From: Candidatus Bathyarchaeota archaeon
GTDB lineage: Archaea > Thermoproteota > Bathyarchaeia > Bathyarchaeales > Bathycorpusculaceae
Direction: 5' to 3'
DNA: 64,000 nucleotides
Assembly: GCA_963833575.1 (NCBI GenBank)
Contig: CAWHXY010000007.1
Coordinates: forward strand, 512,001-576,000
Below are positions 1 to 11,021 of this stretch, one piece after another. Under the pieces are notes generated by a model. That model ran no database searches and was not told the DNA's origin. It saw only the letters and a list, made by a program, of their open reading frames with translations. Position 1 is the stretch's first letter; each line of letters opens with the position of its first letter. The position numbers were made by a program, and so were the translations under genes.

Positions 1-1726
1 GCGTATAATAATTCAAAGTTGTAGCTCCTGCCCCAAAAGTGTTGTTGGCGTAGAAGTTGTTTGCTATAATATCTGTTCCAGAACCTTCGTTGCTTTCTTC
101 CATACCCCAAGCCCCTGCTGATGTGACAGTGTTACCTTCAATTAGAGTATAATTAGATAGAGCATCTTCAATTCCAACTCCGCTATTCGAAACATTGTTA
201 TTAAGAATTTCTACATGTAAGCTGTTTTCGGCAGCTATGCCCCAGTGGCTTGCTCCGGTATACTGAGTGACATTTGTCACGTTGCAGTTTTCTATCGTGC
301 AGTTGGTTGAGTGAAAAGTGTTGATGCCGACATCTTGACCGCCAATATCGGTACAATTGTTTATGGTGCAGTTGGAACAGCCGGAATCAAGTGTTATTGG
401 GTTGTCTCCGTCGTTGATTGTCGTGCAGTTGTAGATGTAAGAGTTTTTGCAACCAAGTAGATCAATGCCTTGGCCTATACAGTTTTCAACCACAGCATTC
501 TTGATCGTGACGTTGCTTGATGTTATATCGCTGTAAATGCTTATTCCAAAATATAGGAAATAGTTAGGAGTCCAAGTGCCTGTAGTTCTATGGTCAGATA
601 ATGTACCCTTGTTACTGTTCCATATTCCACCATCCACAACAAAGTTGTTTACTCCGCCGTTAGTGTTAAGCATAAGTGAGATACTTCCACCGAGTGTTGC
701 AGGTGTAAGCTGCTCTATTGTTATTCCTGTTGCCTTAAAATAGATGTTACTTTGAGGAATCAAAGTATTGTCAAGAATTATGGTGCCGTTGATTAGTGTT
801 ACACTGCCACCGCCGAAAGAGTTAACCTCAGTCATGGCATTATTTATTATAGTTGAACTTGAAGAGCCCAAAGCGTAGTAGCCGTCATCGCTGAAGTAAG
901 TTCCGTTAGTAAATACTCCACAGCGCACATTAGTTGATGAACCTATACCTGCTACTGAACCTCTTGCAATAAAAGTAGCAATGCAACCTACATACATTTC
1001 ACTTTGCCCTAATGTTACTCCTGAACTTTCTGTTCCTGTGGAAAATAGTTTTTCGTTTAAATAAGCCAATGACGCTGAACCACCAGCGCCAAACGATGTC
1101 AATGCGCCATCTGAAAGTGTGAAACCGTTGCTTGCGGAAGATTGCGCTAAATTCCATGCAATTGATGCCCCTATCGCTATTTCGTTTGGGCAAGTGGTTG
1201 TTACTGTTCCTGTAGTTGTTGTTGTAGAGCTTCCTTCAGCAGAATTTGTTTGGTCAAGATAACCGCCAATAAGAATTCCCGAATATTCATAGACATCTGC
1301 AATCGCGCCAGCCAAATAAGTAGTTCCCGAAAGAGTGATTGTCAAGGTTTTTGAAACGCCAGAAGGGTAAATTGTTCCATGCCATATTTCGACATCTTGG
1401 CTATTAGTTCCTGACAAGTGACTTACTTGACTTGTCCATTGAACCCCAGATTCAGTGATGCTTGAGACTGTTTCATACCCAAGTATGCCGATGGCAGCAA
1501 TCAATGTGTCGCCACTAGTTGGAATAGAATTTAATGTTACTGAGATGGATGAACCAGTAGTAATTCCTCTAGCTGGACCCTGAACTAAAGTTAAACCGCC
1601 GTGACCTATGCTGCCAAAAAATTGAATAGTTATAGAAGAAATTGACGCTGAAAACGCAGCAGCAGATATGATAAGCAAGCAAAATGCTGCGGCAATAACA
1701 GCATAAATAATTCTGCGTTTTATCAT
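1..1726 (-). CDS. Secreted right-handed beta-helix (pectin-lyase-like) protein, 3' end runs off the window
   Basis: Not in ORF track; open frame from ATG at 1726 (MIKRRIIYAVIAAAFCLLII signal peptide). C-terminal N/C/I-rich coils (IKNAVVENC, IYNCTTIN, IENCNVTN). N-terminal domain resembles 10062..11021. Confidence 0.8.
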   Translation of the reverse strand, partial: MIKRRIIYAVIAAAFCLLIISAAAFSASISSITIQFFGSIGHGGLTLVQGPARGITTGSSISVTLNSIPTSGDTLIAAIGILGYETVSSITESGVQWTSQVSHLSGTNSQDVEIWHGTIYPSGVSKTLTITLSGTTYLAGAIADVYEYSGILIGGYLDQTNSAEGSSTTTTTGTVTTTCPNEIAIGASIAWNLAQSSASNGFTLSDGALTSFGAGGSASLAYLNEKLFSTGTESSGVTLGQSEMYVGCIATFIARGSVAGIGSSTNVRCGVFTNGTYFSDDGYYALGSSSSTIINNAMTEVNSFGGGSVTLINGTIILDNTLIPQSNIYFKATGITIEQLTPATLGGSISLMLNTNGGVNNFVVDGGIWNSNKGTLSDHRTTGTWTPNYFLYFGISIYSDITSSNVTIKNAVVENCIGQGIDLLGCKNSYIYNCTTINDGDNPITLDSGCSNCTINNCTDIGGQDVGINTFHSTNCTIENCNVTNVTQYTGASHWGIAAENSLHVEILNNNVSNSGVGIEDALSNYTLIEGNTVTSAGAWGMEESNEGSGTDIIANNFYANNTFGAGATTLNYYT

Positions 1727-1992
1727 GCCAGTCAATTTCCTAATCGAGTCTGTTTAAGCAATATAGTGTTATTTAATCATGTTTAAGCAATACGGTATTA
1801 TTAAATCTTACGATATAACTGTTGTGTTCTGCAAAACATAATACTTTGCTCTTTTGTAGACGAGATCAGACGAGGACCACTTTTACAAAAGCAATTAAAA
1901 AGGTCTCCTTAATTATACCTGAATCCAGAACGCTTATCTAATGCATTAGTTCTCGCTAACAGCGGCGCGCTTTGAAATGAAGAGATGAAGAA

Positions 1993-2550
1993 GTGTTCAG
2001 CAAAGAAGAAATACGATTAGTATTAGTAATAGTCGTTTGCTCAACCATATTGATAGCATCGGGCATTTACTTTTCTATTTCTCCATCGCAGAAGACTGGT
2101 TTTTTCCAAATATCACTAACCAGCCCTAATGGAACTATTTTGCCTCCAGAGCTAAACGTAAATTCAGATCAAAACAATGTTCTGACAATAGCCGTCCAGA
2201 ATTCGATGGGAAAAACCCAGACTTGTAGATTGGACACTGAACTTATAATTTTGAACTCCTCTGGCAGCTCACTAAATTCTATAATGCTGGAAAACAACAC
2301 TTTAATTCTGAATAATACGGCTACTTGGACAAAGACTTTCACATATCAAATAAATAACAACATAAAGAATAACACGACAATTAAAGAAATATTCTTTGAC
2401 AATTACACAACTAACATTTCGGAAAACCAATACAATCAAAGTCTACTTTTCCAGTTCAGATTCGACCTCTGGGTCTTTAATAACTCAATCAACAACTACA
2501 CATTCACAAATACATGGGTATCGTCCCCATTCCTCAATGCCACAACATAA
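1993..2550 (+). CDS. Membrane-anchored DUF1616-like protein
   Basis: N-terminal TM helix, C-terminal FRFDLW motif, glycosylation-cluster context. Confidence 0.55.
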   Translation: MFSKEEIRLVLVIVVCSTILIASGIYFSISPSQKTGFFQISLTSPNGTILPPELNVNSDQNNVLTIAVQNSMGKTQTCRLDTELIILNSSGSSLNSIMLENNTLILNNTATWTKTFTYQINNNIKNNTTIKEIFFDNYTTNISENQYNQSLLFQFRFDLWVFNNSINNYTFTNTWVSSPFLNATT

Positions 2551-2584
2551 GCCTGTAAACACAACAAAAAACATTGGCGACAAT

Positions 2585-3517
2585 ATGTCACAGAATAATA
2601 AATTTCCCTTAGTTTCCGTCGTAATAATCGTTCGTAATATGCCTGACTCTATTGGAAGCGTTCTTCAGTCATTAATAAATCAAAACATATCTCAAGATAC
2701 CTATGAAATAATCGTTATCGACTCGTCAAATGATCGCACAACTAAAATTATACAGCAGTATCCTGTCAGACTCTTATCAGTAAAACTTACAGGCGATTTT
2801 GGAAGGGCAAGAAATATTGGCATCCAGGAATCCCGAGGAAGCATAGTTGCTTTTGTCGACGCTGATTGCATCGTAGATGAAGATCATATCCGTAAAATAA
2901 TAGATTTTCACTCCAAAAATCCCCACATTGCAGGCATCGGTGGTTCCTTAGTTAATCCTTACCCAAATAATAAAGTAGCAAGAACACTATGCTATGGACA
3001 ATGTGGCTCTTGTTCAATAAACGCTCCGAAACGTTTTGTGACGTGGCTTCCGGGTGGTAATTGTAGCTATAAAAAAGATTTTCTTATTGAAGTTGGTATG
3101 TTTCCTGAAGGCACTGCTTCAGAAGATATTCTTCTTGGTTGGAAATTAACTGCTAAGGGTAAACAATTACTTTTTGATCCTTCCTATAAAATTACACACG
3201 ATTTCAACAGAACATTAAAAATGTTAGCGCTTAAAGAAGAGAGGAGTGGCACAGCGCATTTCAATATGCATTCATCTAATACTAACTTGACTTTTGCCAG
3301 ACTGTTAGGCATAGTTCTTTTTACGCCTATATTTATTATAGGTAGAACCATGACTGGCTTTGAAAGAATGCTCAAGTTCTCTCCAGACAAAAAGGATGCG
3401 ATTTTTCTCTTTCATTATTTGTCTTATTCAGCTTTCTTTTGGTCCAGAGGATACCTTAAGCAAGTGTTCCTAGTGAAAAAAATTCAAAAAAATAACAAAT
3501 CGGGGAGACTAAAATGA
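2585..3517 (+). CDS. Glycosyltransferase family 2
   Basis: VSVVI, YEIIVID, ARNIG, FVDADC and ED motifs; start moved to in-frame ATG 2585. Confidence 0.92.
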   Translation: MSQNNKFPLVSVVIIVRNMPDSIGSVLQSLINQNISQDTYEIIVIDSSNDRTTKIIQQYPVRLLSVKLTGDFGRARNIGIQESRGSIVAFVDADCIVDEDHIRKIIDFHSKNPHIAGIGGSLVNPYPNNKVARTLCYGQCGSCSINAPKRFVTWLPGGNCSYKKDFLIEVGMFPEGTASEDILLGWKLTAKGKQLLFDPSYKITHDFNRTLKMLALKEERSGTAHFNMHSSNTNLTFARLLGIVLFTPIFIIGRTMTGFERMLKFSPDKKDAIFLFHYLSYSAFFWSRGYLKQVFLVKKIQKNNKSGRLK

Positions 3518-4596
3518 AGGTAGCAGTACTTTATTGGCAACTTACTTATTTCGGGGGGGCAGAGAGAGTGCTTCTTTCAATCGCAAAAAGCTTTAACACA
3601 ACAATCTACACAGGAGTATTTAATCCTACAAAGACTTATCCTGAATTCCAAAAGATAAATGTTAAAACCTATGGGCACCATTTAATTAAAACACAACTTA
3701 GAATGTATGAGGCAGCCCTTAATTCTTTTTTCCTCAATTTAGATGAATTTGACATAGTCAATCCTCATTTTTTCCCAAATACCATGGCTTCTTTACGATT
3801 TGGAGACCGCACTGTATGGTATTGTCACTCGCCACTCAGAGCGATCTATGACCTCAAAACCTATTATTCCGGAAACCTGAAAGCTCTCTCGAAAATGATT
3901 TTTTGGTCACATCATTCTGTTCTTGAAATACTTGATAGAGTAGCATTGCAGAGAATTTCGAAAATATTGACAAATAGCTACGTTACCCAAAAAAGAATAC
4001 AAAAGTTTTACAAAAGAAATTCCGTTGTAATCTATCCTGGAATAGATACCAATTTATTTAAGAAAGAAGAATTCGGAGATTTTCTTCTCTATGTTGGAGG
4101 TTTATCAAGAGGTTCTGACGAATCTAATAAGAGACCTGAACTTGCAATTAACGCTATGCGACTCTTAAAGAATCAGCAACTCTGCGTTGTTGGCGATGGC
4201 TCAAAAAGATCGTACTTGGAGGCTCATTCACCAGAGAACGTCAAATTTCTTGGAAACGTTAGCGACAAAGTTCTTAAGGATCTATATGCGAGATGTTCTG
4301 CTGTAATATATCCTTCTTTCAATGAAGAGTTTGGATATGTTCCCATAGAAGCTATGGCCTCAGGCAAACCAGTAATAGCCTGTAACGATGGCGGCGGCGT
4401 GTGCGAAACAATAGTTGATAAACAAACTGGTTTTATAGTAGAACCAAATCCCAAAGAAATTGCTCTTGCAGCCAACAAACTCAAAGATAAAAAGCTCTTG
4501 AGCGAAATGAGTGCAAACTCAATACAACGAAGTCTCCTTTTCTCTGAAGAAAAATTTATTGAAGGCATAAAGGAGAATTTTGAAAATGCTCGATAA
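3514..4596 (+). CDS. Glycosyltransferase family 4
   Basis: GGAERV and EEFGYVPIEAMASGKPVI motifs; ATGA overlap with upstream gene. Confidence 0.93.
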   Translation: MKVAVLYWQLTYFGGAERVLLSIAKSFNTTIYTGVFNPTKTYPEFQKINVKTYGHHLIKTQLRMYEAALNSFFLNLDEFDIVNPHFFPNTMASLRFGDRTVWYCHSPLRAIYDLKTYYSGNLKALSKMIFWSHHSVLEILDRVALQRISKILTNSYVTQKRIQKFYKRNSVVIYPGIDTNLFKKEEFGDFLLYVGGLSRGSDESNKRPELAINAMRLLKNQQLCVVGDGSKRSYLEAHSPENVKFLGNVSDKVLKDLYARCSAVIYPSFNEEFGYVPIEAMASGKPVIACNDGGGVCETIVDKQTGFIVEPNPKEIALAANKLKDKKLLSEMSANSIQRSLLFSEEKFIEGIKENFENAR

Positions 4597-4751
4597 CAAT
4601 TTCCGCTGCGTAAATAACAATCTTAGAAGCAGAAGACAAATTAAAATCGAAGCTCTTTGTCTAATTTTAAACAAGATTTACATGTAAGCTCAAAATTATT
4701 TGTTGCAGAAAATTTACTAGTTACATAAATAAATATTAAACTTGAACAAAA

Positions 4752-5255
4752 TTGGTGATAATTAGGTTGAAATCATCTAACCAAGTGGCTGTTGCTTCTG
4801 GGAAACCATATTCTGAGCATTTACCTGTTTGGTACTGTGGAGTAATCTTATCAAGCGTGTTGTCAATAGTTTCCGTTTTTTTTATATCGCCTACCAATTT
4901 TCCATTAGTAATCGTAAGATGGCTTTCTGGCTTAGCTATCCTTTTTTGGGTGCCAGGCTTCTGTCTTGTGAAAGCGCTTCTTTCTGACAGGGATATCAAC
5001 AACATAGAAACAATTACCTTTAGTGTTGCACTAAGCATTATTGTGGTAATTATCGTAGCATTAATCTGTAATTTTACTATATTGAGCCTATCCGAGAAAC
5101 CCATAGTTGTTATTTTATCTGTGATTTCTATTGCACTTGCTAACATCAAAATCTATGGAAAAAATATTTTGCACATTCTAAATAACATGGTGCAAAAACT
5201 AAGTAAATACGCAACAAAGCAAAAAAAACATCGTTATTTTGCACATAGAACATAA
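4752..5255 (+). CDS. DUF1616-like membrane protein
   Basis: Multiple TM helices, WVPGF..L and IE..SVALS motifs. Confidence 0.65.
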   Translation: MVIIRLKSSNQVAVASGKPYSEHLPVWYCGVILSSVLSIVSVFFISPTNFPLVIVRWLSGLAILFWVPGFCLVKALLSDRDINNIETITFSVALSIIVVIIVALICNFTILSLSEKPIVVILSVISIALANIKIYGKNILHILNNMVQKLSKYATKQKKHRYFAHRT

Positions 5256-5354
5256 TCTTAAATTATCTTACAAAGTTAAAAATAAACGATATACATGTCG
5301 TGTTGAATGCTTTGCAAATGAACAAATAAGTACACGGAGGATAAGAGAAAATTT

Positions 5355-6083
5355 ATGTCTAATCTCTTGAAACAACATTTGAGTTACCGAATAGGTGTTA
5401 TGTTACACAAACTAATGCCTGCTCATCTTCTTGTAAGAATTCCAATGGGTCAATTGCGAGGAAAGAAATGGTATTTTGATTCCGGTACCTATAAAATGGT
5501 TTCAGGAGTATTTGAAAAAGAAACAGTTCTTCTTTTTTCAAATCTGGTTAGGAAAGCCGATGTAATTTACGACGTTGGTGCTCACGTTGGATATTATACG
5601 CTTTTGTCTTCCGAATTGGTTGGAAAGAATGGGCTTGTAGTTGCTTTTGAACCAAATCCAAGAAATCAAGTTTTCTTAGAAAAACACCTGAAATTAAATT
5701 ATTGTCACAATGTCAAGATAATAAAGGCTTGTCTAGGAGACAAAACTGAAACAGTAGCTTTTTCCACTGAAGATGACTCAACAACTGGTAGGATTAGAAA
5801 CAATGGAACCTTGAAGGTGGAAATGACCAAATTGGATGATCTTGTTGAAAAAAATATTATTCCTCCTCCAGATTTTATGAAAATCGATGTAGAAGGCGCA
5901 GAAATACTCGTTCTTGAAGGATCTAAACATACGATCATTGATTACCATCCTAAGATTTTTCTGTCAACTCACAGTGCTGAACTTCATATCCAATGCCTAA
6001 AATTTTTGAAAGCTAATAAGTATAATTTAATGGCACTTGACCATAGAGAGCTTAATTTATCAGACAACGTATTAGCATATTGA
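5355..6083 (+). CDS. FkbM-family SAM-dependent methyltransferase
   Basis: DVGAHVGYY, AFEP and KIDVEGAE motifs. Confidence 0.93.
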   Translation: MSNLLKQHLSYRIGVMLHKLMPAHLLVRIPMGQLRGKKWYFDSGTYKMVSGVFEKETVLLFSNLVRKADVIYDVGAHVGYYTLLSSELVGKNGLVVAFEPNPRNQVFLEKHLKLNYCHNVKIIKACLGDKTETVAFSTEDDSTTGRIRNNGTLKVEMTKLDDLVEKNIIPPPDFMKIDVEGAEILVLEGSKHTIIDYHPKIFLSTHSAELHIQCLKFLKANKYNLMALDHRELNLSDNVLAY

Positions 6084-6239
6084 AACAGCGCACTAATTGG
6101 ATGAAATTCTCCTCTCCCAAAAAATGAATTTGATCATTTTCATCCTCTCTCTTACTCTAAGGAGTGATTTTACTTCAAAAAAGCAGAAAGTATTTCTAAA
6201 GACTTAAGGTGGCTCCTCTTCTCTTTTCTGGCAATTCTA

Positions 6240-6782
6240 TTGATTATAGTTATCGGCTTTGCGGTTTCTAATGAAATCTTTCACTCTGAATATAATACTG
6301 AACCGACGCCTTCGCCTACGCAAACACTAAACCCGACGCCTTCGCCTACGCAAACACTAAACCCGACGCCTTCGCCTACGCAAACACTAAACCCGACGCC
6401 TTCGCCTACGCAAACACCAATTCCAACAAGTGAAGGTCACGTATACGTTATCGGAATTAACGTCTTCGGCGGAGATCTTCAAGGAAACACAATACAATTG
6501 AACACTCTTAACGAGGGTGAATCAAGAAACATTTCTTTCTGTGTGCAAAGCACGAGCGATGAACCTATTACTCTCTCATTTTGGGTAACTGATTGGTCAC
6601 CGCCTGAACTTGGATCTTTCCTGCAAATAACTTGGGACTATAATGGATTTTCAATAAACCCGAACCAAACAATAATGCTAACTTTTACACTAACTTCGTC
6701 ACTTTCTGCTGACTTTACAAATTACATTATTGATAACAATGTCACGACATTCAGCTTCAACCTCTACATTTTTCCAGAGTAA
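6240..6782 (+). CDS. Membrane-anchored surface protein with Pro/Thr linker (true start uncertain)
   Basis: Hydrophobic N-terminus, PTPSPTQTLN repeats, C-terminal domain shared with 7868..8887 and 11299..11748. Confidence 0.7.
   Translation: MIIVIGFAVSNEIFHSEYNTEPTPSPTQTLNPTPSPTQTLNPTPSPTQTLNPTPSPTQTPIPTSEGHVYVIGINVFGGDLQGNTIQLNTLNEGESRNISFCVQSTSDEPITLSFWVTDWSPPELGSFLQITWDYNGFSINPNQTIMLTFTLTSSLSADFTNYIIDNNVTTFSFNLYIFPE
6303..6417 (+). repeat. Perfect 30-bp coding tandem repeat, about 3.8 copies
   Basis: CCGACGCCTTCGCCTACGCAAACACTAAAC repeated without spacers. Confidence 0.95.
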
Positions 6783-7155
6783 TACTAATTTGCAACTGAT
6801 TATCTGAATTAATAAGTGAATATTTTATTTTCTTCAGTGCCTCCAGCTATTCTGCTGCCAAAATTATGCAGCGTCTGGAGAACACCTAAACGTGACACTA
6901 TCCTTGACCTGAAAAGAACTGACTGAAAAATCCTGTTATAATAAGAATTTAAACCCAATTTGTTTTGCTTCGAGTTTCGATTTTTATACCCTGGAAAAAA
7001 CGATGATTATTAATAAGAAGGTAAACAAACTATTTTTTTAAGTTGTCATGGAAGAAGTCGGTATGGTTTTGAGCGATTTTTGGTAATTTGTGTCCCTCTT
7101 GTTTAAGCCAGATTCTTTTCAGCTCACTATCGAAGAGGGAACCAGGTCCATCTCC

Positions 7156-7569
7156 TCATTGAATTTTTTTGAGGGTGCCTATATCAAGTGGATCAGCAAA
7201 ATACTTTTTGAAAGTATCTTCGAATTGACCACTGTAAAGACTTGCATTCGCAGCTTTTGTTGTTGCTAATTTTTCTAACGACTTTTCTCGGGCTAAGTAG
7301 TAGATTGTAGTTTTTGATGCTTTGCGTTTGTTCAGCCAGCCCATTCAGGAAAGTTGATTTAGGTAATTGCTTTCCGATACGCGGCATCGTCCCGTTAGAT
7401 TGGAAATCTGTGTGGCTTCGCATTCACCTTTAGAGGCAGCGAACATGTATGTTTTTCGAAGGTTATCTGGCAAAGAAATTAGTTTTGACTCAGATATATC
7501 TAAAGGCTGCGGTCTCCAATTCGACAGGTGTTTTTCAAGGTCATCTAATCGGAAATGAATGGCTTGCAT
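7156..7569 (-). pseudogene. Winged-helix transcription regulator interrupted by an in-frame TGA at 7345-7347
   Basis: ORFs 7345..7569 and 7156..7344 are contiguous in one frame (SLPDNLRKT...ESNYLNQLS*MGWLNKRK). Confidence 0.75.
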
Positions 7570-7867
7570 TTCACGAAATATTTTTTCAAATACTGATCTT
7601 TTTACTATTTTTACTCCCCTCTCCTAATTTTCCTTTCCGCATGAATCACGTATTAGGATTTATCAGTTTTTGAGAATAAAATTGCCACTATTTGCGAATT
7701 CAATTGCCATACCTTGCACCCTTGTTAATTTGACTTCGTAAAAACTGTTAAGTGGACTTTGCAAAACTTTTGTTTGGGTTGACAATTAACGTTAATTTGA
7801 TTTTTCAACAAGCCTTAAAATCGATTAAGTCTTAAGTGGTGTCTCGCAACTCGGAAGAGAGACAACA

Positions 7868-8887
7868 ACGAACAAACACAATATAAAATCAACAGTATAC
7901 TCCATAAACTCCAGAAAGCTGACAAAACCAATAGTTATAGGCATCAGTGCTCTTCTCATTGTGAGCATTCTGTCAGTTTTCTGGGCAGTCCCGCTTCAAG
8001 CTGCAACTGTTCCCACTCGACCCGTTATCGGATTTATTATTGTTTCTGGTGGCTCAGGATATACTACTCCCCATTTTACTCTTTCAGGTGGAGGCGGAAC
8101 AGGTGCGAGGGCCACAGCAAGAGTTTCGCAGGGTGTTATCTCTCAAGTCTTGTTAACAAGAGCAGGTTCAGGATATACTTCTGCACCGACTGTTACTATA
8201 TCTGACCCAAATCCACAAGCTCATGGTGCTATTGTCATAGCGACCTACAAGGGTCAGCCAAATCCAACTCCAACACCCAATGCAACACCTTCGCCCAGTC
8301 CATCTTCAACCCCTTCGCCTACAATATCGCCAACTCCAACTCCTTCACATACTCCTAACCCGACTCCTACTCCAACCTCAACCCCAACACCTACTCCATC
8401 TCCAAGCCCGACTCCGACTCCAAAACCGTCGCCAACGCCAACCCCCACGCCTACTCCTACACCTAAGCCAACTTCTTCACCAACTCCTTCTCCAACTCCC
8501 ACTGCTACTCCAACTCCTACACCAACCTCAACTCCTACTGCATCTCCAACTCCGTCGCCTCAAGCTTCAATAGGGATTTATAGTGATCAAGGTTGTACTG
8601 TGGCTTTGTCTTCTTTTAATTGGGGAACGTTGTCTCCTGGAGCTAGTTCGACTTTGGTCCTGTACGTTCAAAATCAAGGAAATACTGCAGTCACTCTGTC
8701 AAAAGGTATGACGAACATTAACCCATCAAATCTTTCCACGTACTTAACGCTCAACTGGGACTACTCAAATCAAGCGTTAAACCCTGGAGCCATATTGAAG
8801 ATTGCCCTTAATTTGACATTATCTCCAAATACCCCAGCAACGGCAAACTTCGGTTTCAACACAAACATTTACGCAACCACTAGCTAA
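7868..8887 (+). CDS. Secreted surface protein with long Pro/Thr/Ser linker
   Basis: GGSGYT repeats, ~100-aa PT linker, C-terminal [17 protein letters not shown] domain; frame stays open upstream of the GTG at 7961. Confidence 0.8.
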   Translation, partial: TNKHNIKSTVYSINSRKLTKPIVIGISALLIVSILSVFWAVPLQAATVPTRPVIGFIIVSGGSGYTTPHFTLSGGGGTGARATARVSQGVISQVLLTRAGSGYTSAPTVTISDPNPQAHGAIVIATYKGQPNPTPTPNATPSPSPSSTPSPTISPTPTPSHTPNPTPTPTSTPTPTPSPSPTPTPKPSPTPTPTPTPTPKPTSSPTPSPTPTATPTPTPTSTPTASPTPSPQASIGIYSDQGCTVALSSFNWGTLSPGASSTLVLYVQNQGNTAVTLSKGMTNINPSNLSTYLTLNWDYSNQALNPGAILKIALNLTLSPNTPATANFGFNTNIYATTS

Positions 8888-9229
8888 GCTTCAGAATTGT
8901 TTCTTCCTTTATTATAATGACCGAATAGAAAAGATCCACCAACTTACAAATCTAACTCAAAATACTGTTCAAATACAATCATAAAATAAACCTCTTATTC
9001 TAAGTCCTAAAATGGAGCTGGAAAGAAACATAATCTTGCATTCATTGCAAATGAACTTTTGCTGGTTGACTTTGTGTTTCATTAATTTTCTTTTGTTTAA
9101 TAGAAAATTTGCTTTTAGACACGATATTTTGCAAATTTAGGCACAACAAACCTGATCTGCCCAAAAAAATTTTTGAAAAAGAATTCCAGAAACAAGAAAA
9201 TATTATAAGTAACTTGTAACGTAAGATAA

Positions 9230-9439
9230 TTGATGCCTCGGCGAAACAAACGTGCTGCGTTTCTGGCGATGCCTTTAGTAATTTTTATCTGGCTTATCGG
9301 GTTGTTCCTTATGCGTTTTAACTCCAACCGTAAAAAGTCAATACAGAAAAAATCCGTAAAAAGAGAAACAACTTTAACAGTATTGGTTCCTGAACAAGAA
9401 ATCCTAACTTTAGACAAAGCTCCCCATCCCAAAAAATAA
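9230..9439 (+). CDS. Small single-TM hypothetical protein
   Basis: Basic N-terminus followed by a TM helix. Confidence 0.45.
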   Translation: MMPRRNKRAAFLAMPLVIFIWLIGLFLMRFNSNRKKSIQKKSVKRETTLTVLVPEQEILTLDKAPHPKK

Positions 9440-9550
9440 TGCAATTCTTTCTTCTTTTGGTGGTGAAAAGCACCTAAAGTTGATTTTGCATCTGCCTTAC
9501 CTACTGACCAACCTGCCAATTTTCAAGGCGCTACAACAATTGCGAAAGTT

Positions 9551-9594
9551 GTGCCGTTATCATTCCCCTTAATATGTTATTGGCGAGCACCTAA
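9551..9594. repeat. Bulged hairpin related to those at 13617-13660 and 27526-27571
   Basis: Shared (G)TGCCGTTATCATTC...CGAGCACCTAA. Confidence 0.75.
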
Positions 9595-9823
9595 AAATGA
9601 CTTCAAACATAATAAGAAACGTGCGTTCTTGCCAGAAATAATTAACCGTCAATAGCTGATTCGGAACGTGTAAACATAGAAAAACACATTTCAACGCAAA
9701 TAAACGAGAAAAAACGCTACCGCAAACGCAGCTCCGAGCAGGATAAAAACTGGGTGAATACTCTTAAATGTGGATGATTGCAAAGTATGTCTTGTCTGCG
9801 ATTGCTATGTTGGAGGTTAGATT

Positions 9824-10030
9824 ATTAGGAAAAAGAAAGCTTTTTTCTTTACACTCTGGTTATACTCTTTTCTTTTCTGGTTGTATCTTGTTGTAAGAAT
9901 AGTCATCGATCAAGTTCCGTTAGACGCCTTATTCATAAATCAAGTACCATTTTTCACGTTCACCATACTTGGAATTATTGCTTTTGTTCTGAGCATGATA
10001 TTCATGTACCTGTTTTTAGCAGAGACTTAG
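9824..10030 (+). CDS. Small two-TM membrane protein with apparent ATT start
   Basis: GGAGG at 9812, then ATT; IRKKKAFFFTLWLYSFLFW...MYLFLAET*. Confidence 0.55.
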   Translation: MRKKKAFFFTLWLYSFLFWLYLVVRIVIDQVPLDALFINQVPFFTFTILGIIAFVLSMIFMYLFLAET

Positions 10031-10061
10031 AATATTGGCGTCCAATGGAGAATGAGCTTAA

Positions 10062-11021
10062 ATGAAACTGAAAAGGATGCTCACGCTCTTTCTTGCCGTT
10101 TTGTTAGTGGCATCAAGCTCTCTTTTTCTTTGTGCGCATGCGCTTTATGTAATTTATAATACACCAGCGATAGTTTCTCAAGGGACAAATGGATATGCAC
10201 AGGGTAAATCAACAAGTGGATATACGTGCATTGTGAATCTTTTTCGCGCTCCAAAAATTGGTGACACATTGATTATGGGTATAAATCAAAACATCAACGA
10301 TATTGAATATCTTTCGAGCATTTCAGAGTCAGGAACTACTTGGTATATTGCAGCCAATTACACTTATGGCGAAAACTATGCAGCCTTCGTCTGCTATGCA
10401 TATATTAACGGCACGACCGGAACGCGAATAAACATCACTTTCACAGGTGACACGATTTACGGTGTTTCTGCTGACGTATGTGAATGGTCAGGGATATTGT
10501 CAACATCTCCTGTTGATAGAAACGCAACTAACTATGGTAGCGCTTTTACTGCTGACACAGGTACTACCGCCACCACAAGACAAACTCGTGAGGTATTTGT
10601 CGGAGTAATAGCCACAGGTGCCAGTTATGCACAAACTTTGAGTTCTGCAAGTGTCACTAATGGTTATACAATGCTTGATGGACGACCTTCTTCTGGCTTG
10701 CTCTCGCACGAATCTCTAGCTTATATTTATAAAGTTGCAAGCGGTGAAGAAACCGCTGATGCTGGAACAACTTCTTCTAATACACTATGGGCTGGATGTA
10801 TTGCCACTTTCTACGCATCCCCTATCTCAACTACTTCTGCTGGCTCGACTACCTCTCCGTCGACAAACCCTACTCCTACACACACCTCGACTCCAATAAC
10901 TCAACCAACGCTTTCTCCGACATCTACGGTTCCAGAGTTTCCAACTTTGATTCTGCCTCTTTTTGCAACGATGATATTTTTATCAATTCTTTTTACCAGA
11001 AAAAGAATACTCAACAAATAG
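10062..11021 (+). CDS. Secreted protein with PEF-CTERM-like sorting signal
   Basis: Signal peptide; C-terminal VPEF + TM + RKR. Confidence 0.8.
   Translation: MKLKRMLTLFLAVLLVASSSLFLCAHALYVIYNTPAIVSQGTNGYAQGKSTSGYTCIVNLFRAPKIGDTLIMGINQNINDIEYLSSISESGTTWYIAANYTYGENYAAFVCYAYINGTTGTRINITFTGDTIYGVSADVCEWSGILSTSPVDRNATNYGSAFTADTGTTATTRQTREVFVGVIATGASYAQTLSSASVTNGYTMLDGRPSSGLLSHESLAYIYKVASGEETADAGTTSSNTLWAGCIATFYASPISTTSAGSTTSPSTNPTPTHTSTPITQPTLSPTSTVPEFPTLILPLFATMIFLSILFTRKRILNK

Noticed and set aside
6303-6417. 30-bp repeats as a CRISPR array
   Set aside because: No spacers; in-frame coding repeat for a Pro/Thr linker; no cas genes in the window
7345-7347. In-frame TGA as selenocysteine
   Set aside because: Position is in a DNA-binding helix where Arg (CGA) is more plausible; no SECIS seen
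8254-8573. GV-repeat and LQ-rich ORFs
   Set aside because: Shadow frames of the Pro/Thr linker in 7868..8887; most other short overlapping ORFs in the track are likewise shadows
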